Shown: positions 22,755 through 35,151, counted from the first letter of the stretch. The stretch is DNA of 64,000 nucleotides from an uncultured beta proteobacterium (GCA_963778865.1 CAVZWF010000008.1:36778-100777), one strand, 5' to 3'. Numbers and translations: made by a program. Notes: generated from the letters alone by a model not told the origin.

Positions 22755-23072
22755 ATGCGCAAGATCAAAAAAGGCGATGACGTGATCGTCATCACCGGCA
22801 AGGACAAGGGCAAGCGCGGCACCGTGCTGCGCGTGGTCGACCTCGAGCATCTGCTGGTCGAGGGCGCGAACCGCGTCAAGAAGCACCAGCGCCCGAACCC
22901 GATGAAAAACACCACCGGCGGCATCGTCGACAAGGAAATGCCGCTGCACGTCTCGAACGTCGCGATTTTCAATCCGGCGACCAAGAAAGCCGACCGCGTC
23001 GGCGTGAAGACTCTTGACGACGGCCGGCGCGTGCGTTTTTACAAATCCAACGGCGAAGTGATAGACGCATGA
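22755..23072 (+). CDS. rplX: 50S ribosomal protein L24
   Basis: [20 protein letters not shown]. Confidence 0.98.
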   Translation: MRKIKKGDDVIVITGKDKGKRGTVLRVVDLEHLLVEGANRVKKHQRPNPMKNTTGGIVDKEMPLHVSNVAIFNPATKKADRVGVKTLDDGRRVRFYKSNGEVIDA

Positions 23073-23656
23073 GTACCCAGGCCAGAACCGCCGGCAAGGA
23101 CACAGGCGCCGCGGCATCGCCCCGGCTGCAGACGCATTACCAGGAGCAGGTGGTCAAACAGCTCGTCACCCAGTTTGGCTACAAGTCGGTGATGCAGGTC
23201 CCGCGCATCGAGAAGATCACGCTCAACATGGGCGTGGGTGAAGCGGTGAACGACAAGAAGATCATGGACAACGCGGTCGGCGACATGGCCAAGATCGCCG
23301 GCCAGAAGCCGCTCGTCACCAAGTCGCGCAAGTCGATCGCGACCTTCAAGATTCGCGACAACTATCCGATCGGCTGCAAGGTCACGCTGCGCGGCACGCG
23401 CATGTATGAATTCCTCGACCGCCTGGTGACCGTCGCGATTCCGCGTATCCGCGACTTTCGCGGGATTCCGGGCAAATCGTTCGACGGCCGCGGCAACTTC
23501 AATTTCGGCATCAAGGAACAGATTATTTTCCCCGAGATCGAATACGACAAGATCGATGCCTTGCGCGGCATGAATATCACGATCACCACCACCGCCAAAA
23601 CCGACGCCGAAGGCCGGGCGCTGCTGGCGGCATTCAAATTTCCGTTCAGGAACTAG
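23069..23656 (+). CDS. rplE: 50S ribosomal protein L5
   Basis: [17 protein letters not shown]. Confidence 0.98.
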   Translation: MSTQARTAGKDTGAAASPRLQTHYQEQVVKQLVTQFGYKSVMQVPRIEKITLNMGVGEAVNDKKIMDNAVGDMAKIAGQKPLVTKSRKSIATFKIRDNYPIGCKVTLRGTRMYEFLDRLVTVAIPRIRDFRGIPGKSFDGRGNFNFGIKEQIIFPEIEYDKIDALRGMNITITTTAKTDAEGRALLAAFKFPFRN

Positions 23657-23659
23657 CCC

Positions 23660-23965
23660 ATGTCGAAACTCGTGTTGAAACTTCGCGACCAGAACCGCCG
23701 CAAGATGGTGAAGAAATTCGCCGCCAAGCGCGCGCAATTGACGGCGCTCATCAACGACCAGAAATTGTCGCCGGAAGATCGTTACGAAGCGCGCCTGAAG
23801 CTGCAAAAGCTGCCGCGCGATTCGAGCCCGGTGCGGTTGCGCAACCGCTGCGCGCTGACCGGCCGGCCGCGCGGTGTTTACAGCAAGTTCGGCCTCGGCC
23901 GCAGCAAACTGCGCGATATCGCGATGCGCGGCGAGATTCCCGGTGTGATCAAGGCGAGCTGGTAG
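23660..23965 (+). CDS. rpsN: 30S ribosomal protein S14 (101-aa, non-zinc form)
   Basis: [25 protein letters not shown]. Confidence 0.98.
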   Translation: MSKLVLKLRDQNRRKMVKKFAAKRAQLTALINDQKLSPEDRYEARLKLQKLPRDSSPVRLRNRCALTGRPRGVYSKFGLGRSKLRDIAMRGEIPGVIKASW

Positions 23966-23989
23966 CAGGAAGCGGGAGAGACCAAAACC

Positions 23990-24385
23990 ATGAGCATGAG
24001 TGATCCGATCGCCGACATGTTGACGCGCATTCGCAATGCGCAGATGTCGGAAAAAGTTTCAGTCGCGATGCCGTCGAGCAAGGTGAAAGCCGCGATCGCC
24101 AAGGTCCTGAAGGACGAAGGCTACATCGACGACTTTGCGGTGCGCCCGCTGGACGGCAAACCGACGCTGGAAGTCGGCCTCAAGTACTACGCCGGCCGCC
24201 CGGTCATCGAAAAACTCGAGCGCGTAAGCCGGCCGGGACTGCGCATTTACAAGCCGAGCGACGACATTCCCAGGGTCATGAACGGCCTGGGTGTGGCAAT
24301 CGTATCGACCTCGAAGGGCGTGATGACCGACCGCAAAGCGCGCGGCCTCGGCATCGGCGGCGAGGTTTTGTGCATCGTTGCATAG
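23990..24385 (+). CDS. rpsH: 30S ribosomal protein S8
   Basis: [13 protein letters not shown]. Confidence 0.99.
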   Translation: MSMSDPIADMLTRIRNAQMSEKVSVAMPSSKVKAAIAKVLKDEGYIDDFAVRPLDGKPTLEVGLKYYAGRPVIEKLERVSRPGLRIYKPSDDIPRVMNGLGVAIVSTSKGVMTDRKARGLGIGGEVLCIVA

Positions 24386-24410
24386 TTAAAGCGGCAAACG
24401 GGGAATAACG

Positions 24411-24944
24411 ATGTCCAGAATAGGTAATTTTCCGGTCGACGTGCCGGCCAATGTCGAGGTGCAGTTCTCGCCGAGCGAAATTTCGGTGAAGGGCCCGCTC
24501 GGCACGTTGAAGCAGTCTTTGTCGGAGCAGGTCACGCTCGAAAAGATCGACAACAAGCTGCAGTTCAAGGTGGCCAATGAGTCGAACGCCGCCAATGCGT
24601 TGTCGGGGACGATGCGCGCGCTGGTGGCGAACATGGTGCACGGCGTTACCAAGGGCTACGAGCGCAAGCTGACGCTGGTCGGTGTCGGTTACCGCGCACA
24701 GGCGCAGGGCGACAAGCTGAATCTGACGCTGGGTTTTTCGCACCCGGTCGTGCACCAGATGCCCAAGGGCATCAAGGTCGAGACGCCGACGCAGACCGAG
24801 ATCCTGATCAAGGGCATCGACAAGCAGGTGGTCGGCCAGGTGGCGGCGGAAATCCGCGCGTATCGCCGCCCCGAGCCGTACAAAGGCAAGGGTGTGCGCT
24901 ATAGCGATGAGACGGTCATCCTCAAAGAGACCAAGAAGAAGTAG
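24411..24944 (+). CDS. rplF: 50S ribosomal protein L6
   Basis: [18 protein letters not shown]. Confidence 0.99.
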   Translation: MSRIGNFPVDVPANVEVQFSPSEISVKGPLGTLKQSLSEQVTLEKIDNKLQFKVANESNAANALSGTMRALVANMVHGVTKGYERKLTLVGVGYRAQAQGDKLNLTLGFSHPVVHQMPKGIKVETPTQTEILIKGIDKQVVGQVAAEIRAYRRPEPYKGKGVRYSDETVILKETKKK

Positions 24945-24953
24945 GGGCGAGAG

Positions 24954-25313
24954 ATGAAAGAACGCAAAGAAGAGGCGCGGCTGCGCCGGGCCCAGCAAAC
25001 CCGCCGCAAGATCGCGGAGTTGCGGGTCGTGCGGCTGGCCGTGCACCGCTCGAACGCGCACATGTACGCGCAGGTCATCGATGCGAGCGGCGCCAAAATT
25101 CTGGCGAGCGCTTCGACCGTCGAGCCCGCGTTGCGCAAGTCCGTCAAGAATGGCGGCAATGTCGAGGCGGCGGCCGCGGTTGGCAAGCTGATCGCCGAAA
25201 AAGCCAAGGCGCTGGGGATCGAAGCGGTCGCGTTTGACCGCGGCGGCTACAAATATCACGGTCGTGTCAAGGCGCTGGCGGAAGCCGCGCGCGAGCACGG
25301 GCTCAAGTTCTAG
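24954..25313 (+). CDS. rplR: 50S ribosomal protein L18
   Basis: [21 protein letters not shown]. Confidence 0.98.
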   Translation: MKERKEEARLRRAQQTRRKIAELRVVRLAVHRSNAHMYAQVIDASGAKILASASTVEPALRKSVKNGGNVEAAAAVGKLIAEKAKALGIEAVAFDRGGYKYHGRVKALAEAAREHGLKF

Positions 25314-25325
25314 TCAGGAAACGAC

Positions 25326-25850
25326 ATGGCAAAACTCCAGGCAAACAGAATGGCGGGCGGCGAGGAACGCGGCGACGGCCTCCGCGAAAAGATGATCGCG
25401 ATCAACCGCGTCACCAAGGTGGTGAAAGGCGGCCGCGTCATGGGTTTCGCCGCGCTCGTCGTGGTCGGTGACGGCGACGGCCGCGTCGGCATGGGCAAGG
25501 GCAAGGCGCGCGAAGTGCCGGTGTCGGTGCAAAAAGCGATGGACGAGGCGCGCCGCAAGCTCGTCAAGATCAACCTGAAGAACGGCACGCTGCACCACGC
25601 GGTCACCGGGCGCCACGGTTCGGCGCGGGTGTACATGCAGCCGGCGTCCGACGGCACGGGCATTATCGCCGGCGGCCCGATGCGCGCGATTTTCGAAGTG
25701 ATGGGCGTGACCAACGTGCTCGCCAAGATCATCGGCTCGACCAATCCCTACAACGTGGTGCGCGCGACCCTGAACGGCCTGCAGGCGATGAACACGCCGT
25801 CCGACGTCGCTGCCAAGCGCGGCAAGACGGTTGAAGAGATCGCGGGGTAA
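25326..25850 (+). CDS. rpsE: 30S ribosomal protein S5
   Basis: [19 protein letters not shown]. Confidence 0.99.
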   Translation: MAKLQANRMAGGEERGDGLREKMIAINRVTKVVKGGRVMGFAALVVVGDGDGRVGMGKGKAREVPVSVQKAMDEARRKLVKINLKNGTLHHAVTGRHGSARVYMQPASDGTGIIAGGPMRAIFEVMGVTNVLAKIIGSTNPYNVVRATLNGLQAMNTPSDVAAKRGKTVEEIAG

Positions 25851-25853
25851 GTC

Positions 25854-26055
25854 ATGACGACGAACGCCAAACAAGCAGGCAAGACCATCAAGGTCACGCT
25901 GGTCAAGAAGCCTGATCGGCACCATGCAATCCCATCGCGCGACGGTGCGCGGCCTGGGACTGCGCCGCATCAATTCGACCGCCGAAGTGATCGACACGCC
26001 GGCCACGCGCGGCATGATCAACAAGGTGAGCTATCTCGTGAAGTGCGAGGGATAA
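25854..26055 (+). CDS. rpmD: 50S ribosomal protein L30 (frameshift near 25908)
   Basis: IKVTLVK then SLIG...[13 protein letters not shown]...[16 protein letters not shown] in the shifted frame. Confidence 0.93.
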
Positions 26056-26059
26056 TCCA

Positions 26060-26788
26060 ATGCAACTCAACACGATCAAACCCGCAGACGGCGCCAAGCA
26101 CGCGAAACGACGCGTCGGCCGCGGCATCGGCAGCGGACTCGGCAAGACGGCGGGCCGCGGACACAAGGGACAATCGTCGCGCGCCGGCGGCTATCACAAA
26201 GTCGGCTTTGAAGGCGGCCAGATGCCGCTGCAGCGCCGCCTGCCCAAGCGCGGTTTCAATTCGCCCATGCGCGACGATACGGCCGAAGTGCGCCTGTCGG
26301 ATTTGAACCGGTTGAAAGCCGACACGATCGACATACTCGTGTTGAAAGAGGCGGGCATCGTGCCGATCCATGCGTTGTCCGCGAAGGTCATCGTGTCCGG
26401 CGAAATCAAACGCAAAGTCACGCTGCACGGCCTGCTGGCGTCCAAGGGCGCGCGCGCCGCGGTCGAAGCGGCGGGCGGCAAGTTCGAAATGCCGGAGAGC
26501 ACCGGCGGCAAGCCGGCGAAGGAAGGCAAGAAGGTCGCGCGTAAAGCGGCGGCCATCGTCAGAGCCGAAACCCGCGCCGCGACGACGTCCGCGACCATCG
26601 CCGAGGAAAACGCCAAGGCGGCGGTCGATGCCGAAGCCAAAGCCGACGCCAAGAGCAAGGCGAAGGCGGATTCGAAAGTGAAAGCCGAAGCCAAGGCCGA
26701 AGCGAAAGCCGCGCCCACGACTGACGCCAATGCCAAAGCCAAGAGCGGCAAGGACAAACCCGCCGGCAAGAAAAAGAAGGCTGAGTAA
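26060..26788 (+). CDS. rplO: 50S ribosomal protein L15 with ~100-aa Lys/Ala-rich C-terminal extension
   Basis: [21 protein letters not shown]; 242 aa. Confidence 0.97.
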   Translation: MQLNTIKPADGAKHAKRRVGRGIGSGLGKTAGRGHKGQSSRAGGYHKVGFEGGQMPLQRRLPKRGFNSPMRDDTAEVRLSDLNRLKADTIDILVLKEAGIVPIHALSAKVIVSGEIKRKVTLHGLLASKGARAAVEAAGGKFEMPESTGGKPAKEGKKVARKAAAIVRAETRAATTSATIAEENAKAAVDAEAKADAKSKAKADSKVKAEAKAEAKAAPTTDANAKAKSGKDKPAGKKKKAE

Positions 26789-26790
26789 AG

Positions 26791-28120
26791 TTGGCTGATC
26801 AGAATTCCAGATTGAGCATGCAGGGCAAGATGGGCGACCTTAACCGTCGCCTGTTGTTCTTGCTCGGCGCGCTGATCGTTTACCGCATCGGCGCGCACAT
26901 TCCGGTGCCGGGCATCGATCCGGTCGCGCTCGCCGAGCTTTTCAAGTCGCAGCGGGCGGCATACTCGACATGTTCAACATGTTTTCGGGCGGCGCGCTGT
27001 CGCGCTTCACGATACTGGCGCTCGGCATCATGCCTTACATCTCGTCGTCCATCATCATGCAGCTGATGTCGGTGGTGTCGCCGACGCTCGAGGCGCTCAA
27101 GAAAGAAGGCGAGTCGGGACGCCGCAAGATCACGCAGTACACGCGCTACGGCACCGCCGCGCTCGCGTTGTTCCAGGGCATGGGTATCGCGATCGCGCTG
27201 GAGTCGCAGCGCGGGCTCGTGCTCGATCCGGGCCTGGCGTTTCGCCTGACCACCATGATCACGCTGGTCACCGGCACCATGTTCCTGATGTGGCTCGGCG
27301 AGCAGATTACGGAGCGCGGCATCGGCAACGGAATTTCGCTGATCATCTTCGCGGGCATTGCGGCGGGACTGCCGAACGCGGTGGTCGGCACGCTCGAATT
27401 GCAGCGCACCGGGTTCGCTTTCCATCCTCGACCGTATTCGTCATCGCGGCGCTGGTGATCGGCGTCACCGCGTTGGTGTGTTTCGTCGAGCGCGGGCAGC
27501 GCCGCATTCTGGTCAATTACGCCAAGCGCCAGGTCGGACGCAAGGTGTACGGCGGACAATCGTCGCACCTGCCGCTGAAGCTCAACATGTCGGGCGTGAT
27601 TCCGCCGATTTTCGCGTCGAGCATCATCCTGTTTCCGGCCACGCTCGCGGGCTGGTTCGGCACCAGCGAGAACATGCGCTGGCTGTCAAACATCGCGTCC
27701 ACGCTGCATCCGGGGCAGCCGGTTTACGTTTTTCTGTATTCGGCGGCGATCGTGTTTTTCTGTTTTTTTTACGCGGCGCTGATGTTCAACCCGAAGGAAA
27801 CCGCCGACAACCTGAAGAAAAGCGGCGCGTTCGTGCCCGGCATACGGCCCGGCGACCAGACCGCGCGCTATATCGAAAAAATCATGCTGCGGTTGACGTT
27901 GGTGGGTTCGATCTACGTCACGCTGGTGTGCCTGTTGCCCGAGTTTCTGATCGTGTGGAAGAACGTGCCGTTTTATTTCGGCGGCACGAGCCTTTTGATC
28001 ATCGTGGTGGTGACGATGGATTTCATGGCGCAGGTGCAGGCCTACGCGATGAGCCACCAGTATGAGAGTTTGCTTAAAAAGGCCAATTTCAAGGGCGGCG
28101 GCGTGTTTCCGACTCGTTAA
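26791..28120 (+). CDS. secY: Preprotein translocase SecY (frameshifts near 26955 and 27420-27435)
   Basis: [40 protein letters not shown]. Confidence 0.97.
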
Positions 28121-28338
28121 TGGCGAAAGAAGAAACCATAGAAATGCAGGGCACGATAGTGGAAACCCTGCCCAACGCAACATTCCGGGTAAAGCTGGAA
28201 AACGGCCACACGGTTCTCGGCCACATTTCCGGCAAGATGCGCATGCACTACATCCGCATTCTGCCCGGCGACAAGGTCACGGTGGAAGTCTCGCCGTACG
28301 ATTTGACACGGTGCCGGATCACGTTCCGCGCCAAGTAG
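28120..28338 (+). CDS. infA: Translation initiation factor IF-1
   Basis: [19 protein letters not shown]. Confidence 0.98.
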   Translation: MAKEETIEMQGTIVETLPNATFRVKLENGHTVLGHISGKMRMHYIRILPGDKVTVEVSPYDLTRCRITFRAK

Positions 28339-28367
28339 CACTAGGTGAAGGTTAGAAGGAGTGCATC

Positions 28368-28481
28368 ATGAAAGTACTGGCTTCGGTGAAAAAGATATGC
28401 CGCAACTGCAAGATCATCCGCAGAAAGCGCGTGGTGCGCGTGATCTGCAAGGATCCGCGTCATAAACAACGCCAAGGTTGA
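28368..28481 (+). CDS. rpmJ: 50S ribosomal protein L36 (37 aa, Zn-ribbon form; below ORF-track cutoff)
   Basis: [37 protein letters not shown] after AAGGAG RBS. Confidence 0.97.
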   Translation: MKVLASVKKICRNCKIIRRKRVVRVICKDPRHKQRQG

Positions 28482-28517
28482 TCGGCGCAATTGCGCAGCG
28501 CCAGGGATAACAACGCA

Positions 28518-28546
28518 TTTACTGATGCAAATTAACACGTTATAAT
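28518..28546 (+). promoter_or_regulatory. Sigma70 promoter of the alpha operon
   Basis: TTTACT-17 bp-TATAAT upstream of rpsM. Confidence 0.7.
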
Positions 28547-28622
28547 CGCCGGCTTTCGATTTTTGGCCTATGTTCAAGCGCTCATTTCGAGCGCGCTTTT
28601 AGAGTTGATGGGATAGATAAAT

Positions 28623-29000
28623 ATGGCCCGTATTGGTGGTGTAAACATTCCGAATCATCAGCACGCAGGAATCGCGCTGACCGCGATTTACGGCGTCGGT
28701 CGCAGCCGCGCGCGCAAGATCTGCGCGTCGGCCGGCATACAGCACACGGCCAAGATCAAGGACCTGTCGGACACCGACATGGAAAAGCTGCGCGAGCAGG
28801 TCGCGAAGTTCGCCATCGAGGGCGACTTGCGGCGCGAAGTTTCCATGAACATCAAGCGCCTGATGGATCTCGGCACCTGGCGCGGCTTGCGGCATCGCCG
28901 CGGGCTGCCGGTGCGCGGCCAGCGCACGCGCACGAATGCGCGCACGCGCAAGGGGCCGCGCAAGGCGGCGGTCAAGATTCAAAAATCGGTCACGGTCTGA
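28623..29000 (+). CDS. rpsM: 30S ribosomal protein S13
   Basis: [25 protein letters not shown]. Confidence 0.99.
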   Translation: MARIGGVNIPNHQHAGIALTAIYGVGRSRARKICASAGIQHTAKIKDLSDTDMEKLREQVAKFAIEGDLRREVSMNIKRLMDLGTWRGLRHRRGLPVRGQRTRTNARTRKGPRKAAVKIQKSVTV

Positions 29001-29030
29001 TCGACAGTTCAATAGCGGAAAGCATATTCA

Positions 29031-29420
29031 ATGGCAAAGGCAAACACGCGGGTTCGCAAGAAGGTCAAGAAGAATGTCGCGGAAGGCATCGCGCACATTC
29101 ATGCTTCCTTCAACAACACCGTCATCACCATCACCGACCGCCAGGGCAACGCATTGTCGTGGGCGACGAGCGGCTCGGCCGGTTTCAAGGGCTCGCGCAA
29201 GTCCACGCCGTTCGCGGCGCAGATCGCCGGCGAGCACGCGGGCAAGCTCGCGCAGGAATGCGGCGTCAAGAATCTCGAGGTCCGCATCAAGGGCCCGGGT
29301 CCCGGACGCGAGTCCGCCATGCGCGCGTTGAACGCGCTGGGTTTCAAGATCACCAGCATCGCCGACGTCACGCCGGTGCCGCACAACGGATGCCGCGCGC
29401 CCAAGCGGCGCCGCATTTAA
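29031..29420 (+). CDS. rpsK: 30S ribosomal protein S11
   Basis: [18 protein letters not shown]. Confidence 0.99.
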   Translation: MAKANTRVRKKVKKNVAEGIAHIHASFNNTVITITDRQGNALSWATSGSAGFKGSRKSTPFAAQIAGEHAGKLAQECGVKNLEVRIKGPGPGRESAMRALNALGFKITSIADVTPVPHNGCRAPKRRRI

Positions 29421-29432
29421 GGAGAACGGGCC

Positions 29433-30059
29433 GTGGCCAGAAATCTAGACGCAAAATGCCGCCAGTGCCGCCGCGAGGGGGAGAAGCTGTTCCTCAAGGG
29501 CGACAAGTGCTTTACCGACAAGTGCGCGATCGAGCGCCGCAATTACCCGCCCGGCCAGCACGGCCAGAAGAACAGCCGTCTCTCCGGTTACGGCGTGCAA
29601 TTGCGCGAAAAGCAGAAGCTGCGCCGCATCTACGGACTGCTCGAACGCCAGTTCCGCAATATTTATCACCGCGCGGAGCAGAAGAAAGGCATTACCGGCG
29701 AGACGCTCCTGCAGATGCTGGAGTCGCGGCTGGACAACATCACCTTCAAAATGGGCTTCGGCGCCAGTCGCTCGGAGGCGCGCCAGATCGTGCGCCACAA
29801 CGGCATCCTGGTGAACGGCAAGCGCGTGAATATTCCGTCCTACCAGCTGCGCCCGGGCGACGTGGTCGAAGTCGCGGGCAAGGCCAAGGAGCATCTGCGC
29901 ATCAAGGCCGCTCTCGAAGCCACCTCCGGCCGCGGTTATCCGGAATGGCTCGAAGTCGACACCGCCGCGTTCAAAGGCACGTTCAAGACCATGCCGCAGC
30001 GCAGCGATCTGCCCTCCACCATCAATGAGTCGCTGGTGGTCGAGCTTTACTCCAAATAA
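29433..30059 (+). CDS. rpsD: 30S ribosomal protein S4
   Basis: [29 protein letters not shown]. Confidence 0.99.
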   Translation: MARNLDAKCRQCRREGEKLFLKGDKCFTDKCAIERRNYPPGQHGQKNSRLSGYGVQLREKQKLRRIYGLLERQFRNIYHRAEQKKGITGETLLQMLESRLDNITFKMGFGASRSEARQIVRHNGILVNGKRVNIPSYQLRPGDVVEVAGKAKEHLRIKAALEATSGRGYPEWLEVDTAAFKGTFKTMPQRSDLPSTINESLVVELYSK

Positions 30060-30169
30060 GGATAATTTGAATAAGGGGGCGACGCCCCCTTGTGATCCCC
30101 TGAATCAGGGAAGCTTCGGTTGGAAGAAAAACCATGTCAGAGCTTCCGTAATCGTTAGAGGAATAAGCC

Positions 30170-31167
30170 ATGCCCAGCAGCACTTTTCTTAAGCCTCGTA
30201 TTATCGACGTGCAGAACATTTCGCCGTTCCACGCCAAGGTTACGATGGAACCCTTCGAGCGCGGCTACGGCCACACGCTCGGCAATGCGTTGCGCCGCAT
30301 CCTGTTGTCGTCGATGCCGGGCTTCGCCGCCGACCGAAGTGAAAATGAGCGGCGTGCTCCACGAGTATTCGACCATCGACGGCGTGCAGGAAGACGTGGT
30401 CGATATTCTGTTGAACCTGAAGGGCATCGTGCTGAAGCTGCACAACCGCGAAGAAGCGAAGCTGACGCTCAAGAAGCAGGGCGAAGGCGTGGTGACCGCG
30501 GGCGACATCGAGCCGATGCACGACGTCGAAATCGTCAATCCCGATCACGTGATCGCGCATCTGACCGCGGGCGGCAAGCTCGACATGCAGATCAAGGTCG
30601 AACACGGCCGCGGCTACGTGCCGGGCGCGGTGCGCACCAGCCGCGGCGAGCAGATCGAAGGCGCGGTCAGCCGCGCGGTCGGCAGCATCGTGCTCGACGC
30701 ATCCTACAGCCCGGTGCGCCGCGTCAGCTACCAGGTCGATTCGGCGCGCGTCGAACAGCGCACCGACCTCGACAAGCTGATCGTCGACATCGAAACCAAC
30801 GGCGCGATCGAGCCGGAAGAAGCGATCCGCTACGCGGCGCGCATCCTGGTCGACCAGCTGGTGGTGTTCGCCGATCTCAAGGGCACGCCGGTGCAGATCG
30901 AACAGCCGAAAGCCCAGCAGATCGACCCGATCCTGCTGCGGCCGGTCGACGATCTCGAACTGACGGTGCGTTCGGCCAACTGCCTGAAGGCGGAAAACAT
31001 CTATTACATCGGCGACCTGATCCAGCGCACCGAAACCGAATTGCTGAAGACGCCGAATCTCGGCCGCAAGTCGCTCAACGAGATCAAGGAAGTGCTCGCA
31101 TCGCGCGGGCTTGACGCTCGGCATGCGGCTCGAAAACTGGCCGCCGGTCGGGCTGGAAAAAGTCTAA
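30170..31167 (+). CDS. rpoA: RNA polymerase alpha subunit (frameshifts near 30332 and 31110)
   Basis: [33 protein letters not shown]. Confidence 0.98.
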
Positions 31168-31179
31168 AAGGGATTTGCC

Positions 31180-31584
31180 ATGCGTCACCGTCTCGGCTTA
31201 AGAAAACTCAACCGCACGAGCAGCCATCGCCTGGCGATGCTGCGCAACATGACCGTGTCGCTGCTGCGGCACGAGGTCATCAAGACCACGTTGCCCAAGG
31301 CGAAGGAACTGCGCCGCGTCGCCGAGCCCATACTCACGCTCGGCAAGTCGCCGTCGCTCGCCAACCGCCGGCTCGCGTTCGACCGCCTGCGCGACCGCGA
31401 TATGGTGACCAAGCTCTTCGGCGAGCTCGGCCCGCGCTATGCCAAGCGCAACGGCGGCTATCTGCGCATTTTGAAATTCGGATTTCGCAAGGGGGATAAC
31501 GCGCCCATGGCGGTGGTCGAGCTGATCGACCGTCCTGAGGTCAGCGAGGATAAAAAAGAAGAAGCGCCTGCCAAGGCGGCATAA
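31180..31584 (+). CDS. rplQ: 50S ribosomal protein L17
   Basis: [24 protein letters not shown]. Confidence 0.99.
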   Translation: MRHRLGLRKLNRTSSHRLAMLRNMTVSLLRHEVIKTTLPKAKELRRVAEPILTLGKSPSLANRRLAFDRLRDRDMVTKLFGELGPRYAKRNGGYLRILKFGFRKGDNAPMAVVELIDRPEVSEDKKEEAPAKAA

Positions 31585-31604
31585 TAAAAAAACGGCAATA
31601 TTTG

Positions 31605-31631
31605 AAAAGCCGGCCTCGTGCCGGCTTTTTT
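31605..31631 (+). terminator. Rho-independent terminator after rplQ
   Basis: AAAAGCCGGC-CTCGT-GCCGGCTTTTTT. Confidence 0.85.
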
Positions 31632-31664
31632 GTTGCCCGCGCCGCCAGGGTTTAGAATCCCGCC

Positions 31665-32370
31665 ATGTTCAACGAACTCGAATTGACCGGCCGCGCCGCG
31701 ACCCACGTCGTGCAGCGCGACGATCTCGGCGCCGCCATACACCGCGACGCGCTGGCGCCGTTTCTCGCGCTCAAGGCGGCGGCCGCCGGCGCGGGCATCG
31801 AATTGCAGATTGCGAGCGGCTTCCGCGATTTCGCGGCGCAGCTGCGCATCTGGAACATGAAGTACCGCGGCGAGCGGCCGCTCTACGACGAGGCGGGCAA
31901 TGTTCGCGACCACGCGAGTCTCGACGCCGGCGAGCTGATCGACGGCATTCTGTGCTGGAGCGCGTTGCCCGGCGCCAGCCGCCACCATTGGGGCACCGAT
32001 ATCGACGTGATCGATCGCGCCGCGATGCCGGAAAACTACCGCTACCGGCTGGTGCCGCGAGGAATACGCCGAAGGCGGCGTTTTTCACCGGCTGAACGCG
32101 TGGCTGGATGAAAATCTGTCGCGCTTTGATTTCTTCAGGCCTTACGCGGCGTATCAAGGCGGCGTGTACCCGGAGCCCTGGCATTTGAGTTACGCGCCGA
32201 TGGCGTCGCGTCGCACTGCAGATGCTCACACCCGAACTGATTGCCGCAACGCTGCGCTGATGCCGACGTGCTGGGCAAGGACGCATGTGCTGGCGCGATT
32301 GGCGGACATTTACCGCACTTACGTCGCGAATATCTCCGGACGCCTGCGCCGGCCGTCGGCCGCGGCGTAA
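31665..32370 (+). CDS. M15-family (VanY-like D,D-carboxypeptidase) metallopeptidase, frameshifted near 32058 and 32210; end approximate
   Basis: SGFRDF..Q, SALPGASRHHWGTDID, EPWHLSY motifs. Confidence 0.85.
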
Positions 32371-32389
32371 GTCACGCGGCGCACCGCAA

Positions 32390-33134
32390 GTGAGCCATTT
32401 TTCTGTTCACCGATTACGGCGCCGCCGATTTATACGTCGGCCAGGTCAAGGCCAGTGCTCGCGCGGCATGCGCCGGATGTTGCGGTCATCGACTTGCTGC
32501 ACGACGCGCCGGCGTTCAACGTGAGGGCGGGCGCGCATCTGCTGGCCGCGCTCGCGGCGCAGATTCCGTCCGGCAGCGTGACACTGGCGGTGGTGGATCC
32601 CGGCGTGGGCGGCGCGCGCGACGCGGTCGCGGTGGATATCGGCGGCCGCTGGTTCGTCGGTCCCGACAACGGGCTGCTGTCGGTGCTCGCGGCGCGCGCG
32701 GAGTCGTCCGCCGTCTGGCGCATCACGTGGCAGCCGGAAAATATGGCGCCGTCGTTTCACGGTCGCGACCTGTTCGCGCCGGTCGCGGCGAAACTCGCAC
32801 GCGGCGATTCTTTTGGCGGCAAGGCGGTCAGGGTCGCAGGTCTGCAGGTCGATTTCGGCGCGGCCGACCTCGGCGAAATCATTTACATCGACCACTACGG
32901 CAATGCGTTTACCGGACTGCGCGCGCATGCACTGGCGCATGAGACCCGCGTGGTGGCGGGCGCACGATCGCTTGACTATGCGCGCGTGTTTTCGCGGCGC
33001 CGGCGGGCGCGGTGTTCTGGTACGAGAACAGCCTGGGATTGGTCGAGATCGCCGGCAACGGTTGCAGCGCGGCAGCACAATTGGGTCTGGCGATCGGTCA
33101 GGCAGTCGCTTGTTCGGGCGGGGCCGTAACTTGA
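32390..33134 (+). CDS. DUF62-family SAM hydroxide adenosyltransferase (SAM hydrolase), frameshifted
   Basis: LFTDYG..D.YVGQVK, VVDPGVGGAR, FVGPDNGL, SFHGRDLF, YIDHYGN, NSLGLVEIA. Confidence 0.88.
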
Positions 33135-33695
33135 GCGCCGGCTGATTTCAGGCGCCGGATTGTATCGAGCAGAAGTCATGCGGTTGGTGACGGAAAGTCC
33201 GATTCGTCTTCGGTAATCGCACTTTCAATATACCGGCCTTTGCGCCGGGTCGATGCATAGACTCATCCATTCATTTGTCATAGGAATGGTTCCAACGGAC
33301 TATAGCCGCTGGACGCGGGCGGGCGTAGCCTAGTGGCGGGAACAAACACATCCTTTTGAACGGCAACACGGCGTCCAATGGAGGGGGAAATTGCGTTTTG
33401 CCGCATTTCGATTTGTCGTCTGCGCCGTACGCAGCCGGCTGGGGGCGGCATTTGCCTAGGCGGCTGGCGCATTGTGCTGGTGGCGAATCGCGGGCGCAGA
33501 AAATGGGATTTGCTTAGTCCCGCGTATCAGCATTTTACGGCCGGTGTCGAAATATAGCTGCGGCGCCGGGTCTTAACTGCAAAGCATTGATCCGGCGTCC
33601 GGCATTTCGGCCAGGAAGCAATTATTGACCGCACCGCATGGCAATTTTCGAACGCCGCGCGGAATGTGTGTAACCGCGATATCAAGGAGCACGTC

Positions 33696-34098
33696 ATGAA
33701 CGCGAAGCTACTCTTTACCCTGTTGATCGTGTTGACGGCGAGCGGTGCTTCGGCGGCAAAGCGGCCCAATTCCACGGTCGAAGGATTGCAGATGCCCGCC
33801 TGGGAAGCGAGCGCACTTGAAATTCCACTCGCCGGCAAAGATCGCATTGTCGCGGCTTCCGGCGCGCGCGCACTGCTGCGGCTCGCCAACGGCGGCGTAA
33901 TCAAGCTCGGCCAGCATGGCGTATTCGTGCTCGACGAGCTTGACCACACGCAATACCAGCTGAAGGAGTTGGTGAAAGCATCGCTTGACGTGCTGAGCGG
34001 AGCGTTCCGTTTCACGGCCCAGGCGCTGTGACAGGTCACGTGGCGAGTGCGAGTCGCGGTTCAGGATGGTGACCAGCATCGCGGGCATACGCGGCTGA
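33696..34098 (+). pseudogene. Truncated secreted FecR-domain-like protein
   Basis: Signal peptide, ARALLRLANGGVIKLG, LDVLSGAFRF, stop at 34029-34031, then out-of-frame IAGIRG before a second stop. Confidence 0.5.
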
Positions 34099-34170
34099 TT
34101 CGAGCGGCAGGGCGGCCAGGACCTTCACTTGTAACGATACGCCACCAATGCGGCAGAACTGCCGCAGCAA

Positions 34171-35151
34171 TCACTCCCCTTTGATCCCCGCGTCTTCAAC
34201 GACCCTGGCCCATTTCGCGTATTCGGATTTGAGGTAAGCCGTGAACTGCTCGGGCGTGGCGCTGGCCTGAAGGACGACACCCTGGCTCGCAAACCGATTG
34301 CGTATCTCGGGTGAGGATGCGAACTTCACGATTTCCTGATGCACGCGCGCCAGGATTTCCGGAGGGGTGGCGGCCGGCGCCATCATTCCGTTGAATATGG
34401 TCACCTCGAAGCCGGCCACCGTTTCACCGATGGCGGGCACATCGGGCAGGAGCGCGGTGCGGGCCGGGCTGGTCACGCCCAGCGCGCGCAGCTTGCCCGC
34501 CCGGACGTGGGTAAGCGACGTGGAGAGATTGTCGAATTTCATCGGCACCTGTCCGCCCAGCAAATCGATAATCGCCGGGCCGTCGCCGTTGTACGGAATG
34601 CGCATGATGCGCGCGCCCGCCATCCGGTTGAACAACTCGAGCGCCAGATGCGATCCCGAACCGTTGCCCGAGGAACCGCAGTTCAACTGCCCCGGCCGCG
34701 CGCTGGCGAGCGTGATCAGGTCCTTTACGCTTTTGACCGGCAACGACGTATGCACGACAAGCAGGAGCGGCAGTGTTGCAATGAGGCTGACGCCGGCAAA
34801 ATCCCGCCCCGGGTCGTAGGGTGGATTGCGCATCAGCATCGGCGCGATCAAAGCGCTTTGCGCGACCATGACGAAAGTGTAGCCGTCCGGCGCCGCGCGC
34901 GCGGCGCTCGCCAGCCCGATCGTGCTGTTCGCGCCCGGCCGGTTCTCGACGTACATGCGCTGTCCTAGGCCCGCACTCACGTAATCGGCGACAGAGCGCC
35001 CGATCAGATCGAGGTTGCCGCCAGGTTGCACGGACACGATCAGGCGGATCGGCCTGGCTGGATACGCTTGCGCGCGCACATCGATGCCGCTGCCGCCCGC
35101 TACGGCGCCCAGCACGCCGCTTGCTATGACCAGTCGTGAGAACTGCTTCAT
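34171..35151 (-). CDS. Bug/TctC tripartite tricarboxylate transporter substrate-binding protein
   Basis: YPARPIRLIV, VENRPGA, APDGYT. Confidence 0.93.
   Translation of the reverse strand: MKQFSRLVIASGVLGAVAGGSGIDVRAQAYPARPIRLIVSVQPGGNLDLIGRSVADYVSAGLGQRMYVENRPGANSTIGLASAARAAPDGYTFVMVAQSALIAPMLMRNPPYDPGRDFAGVSLIATLPLLLVVHTSLPVKSVKDLITLASARPGQLNCGSSGNGSGSHLALELFNRMAGARIMRIPYNGDGPAIIDLLGGQVPMKFDNLSTSLTHVRAGKLRALGVTSPARTALLPDVPAIGETVAGFEVTIFNGMMAPAATPPEILARVHQEIVKFASSPEIRNRFASQGVVLQASATPEQFTAYLKSEYAKWARVVEDAGIKGE

Noticed and set aside
32390-33134. SAM-dependent fluorinase/chlorinase
   Set aside because: It has the Asp, Arg and His residues (VDPGVGGAR, FHGRD) of DUF62 SAM hydrolases, and no halometabolite cluster is nearby
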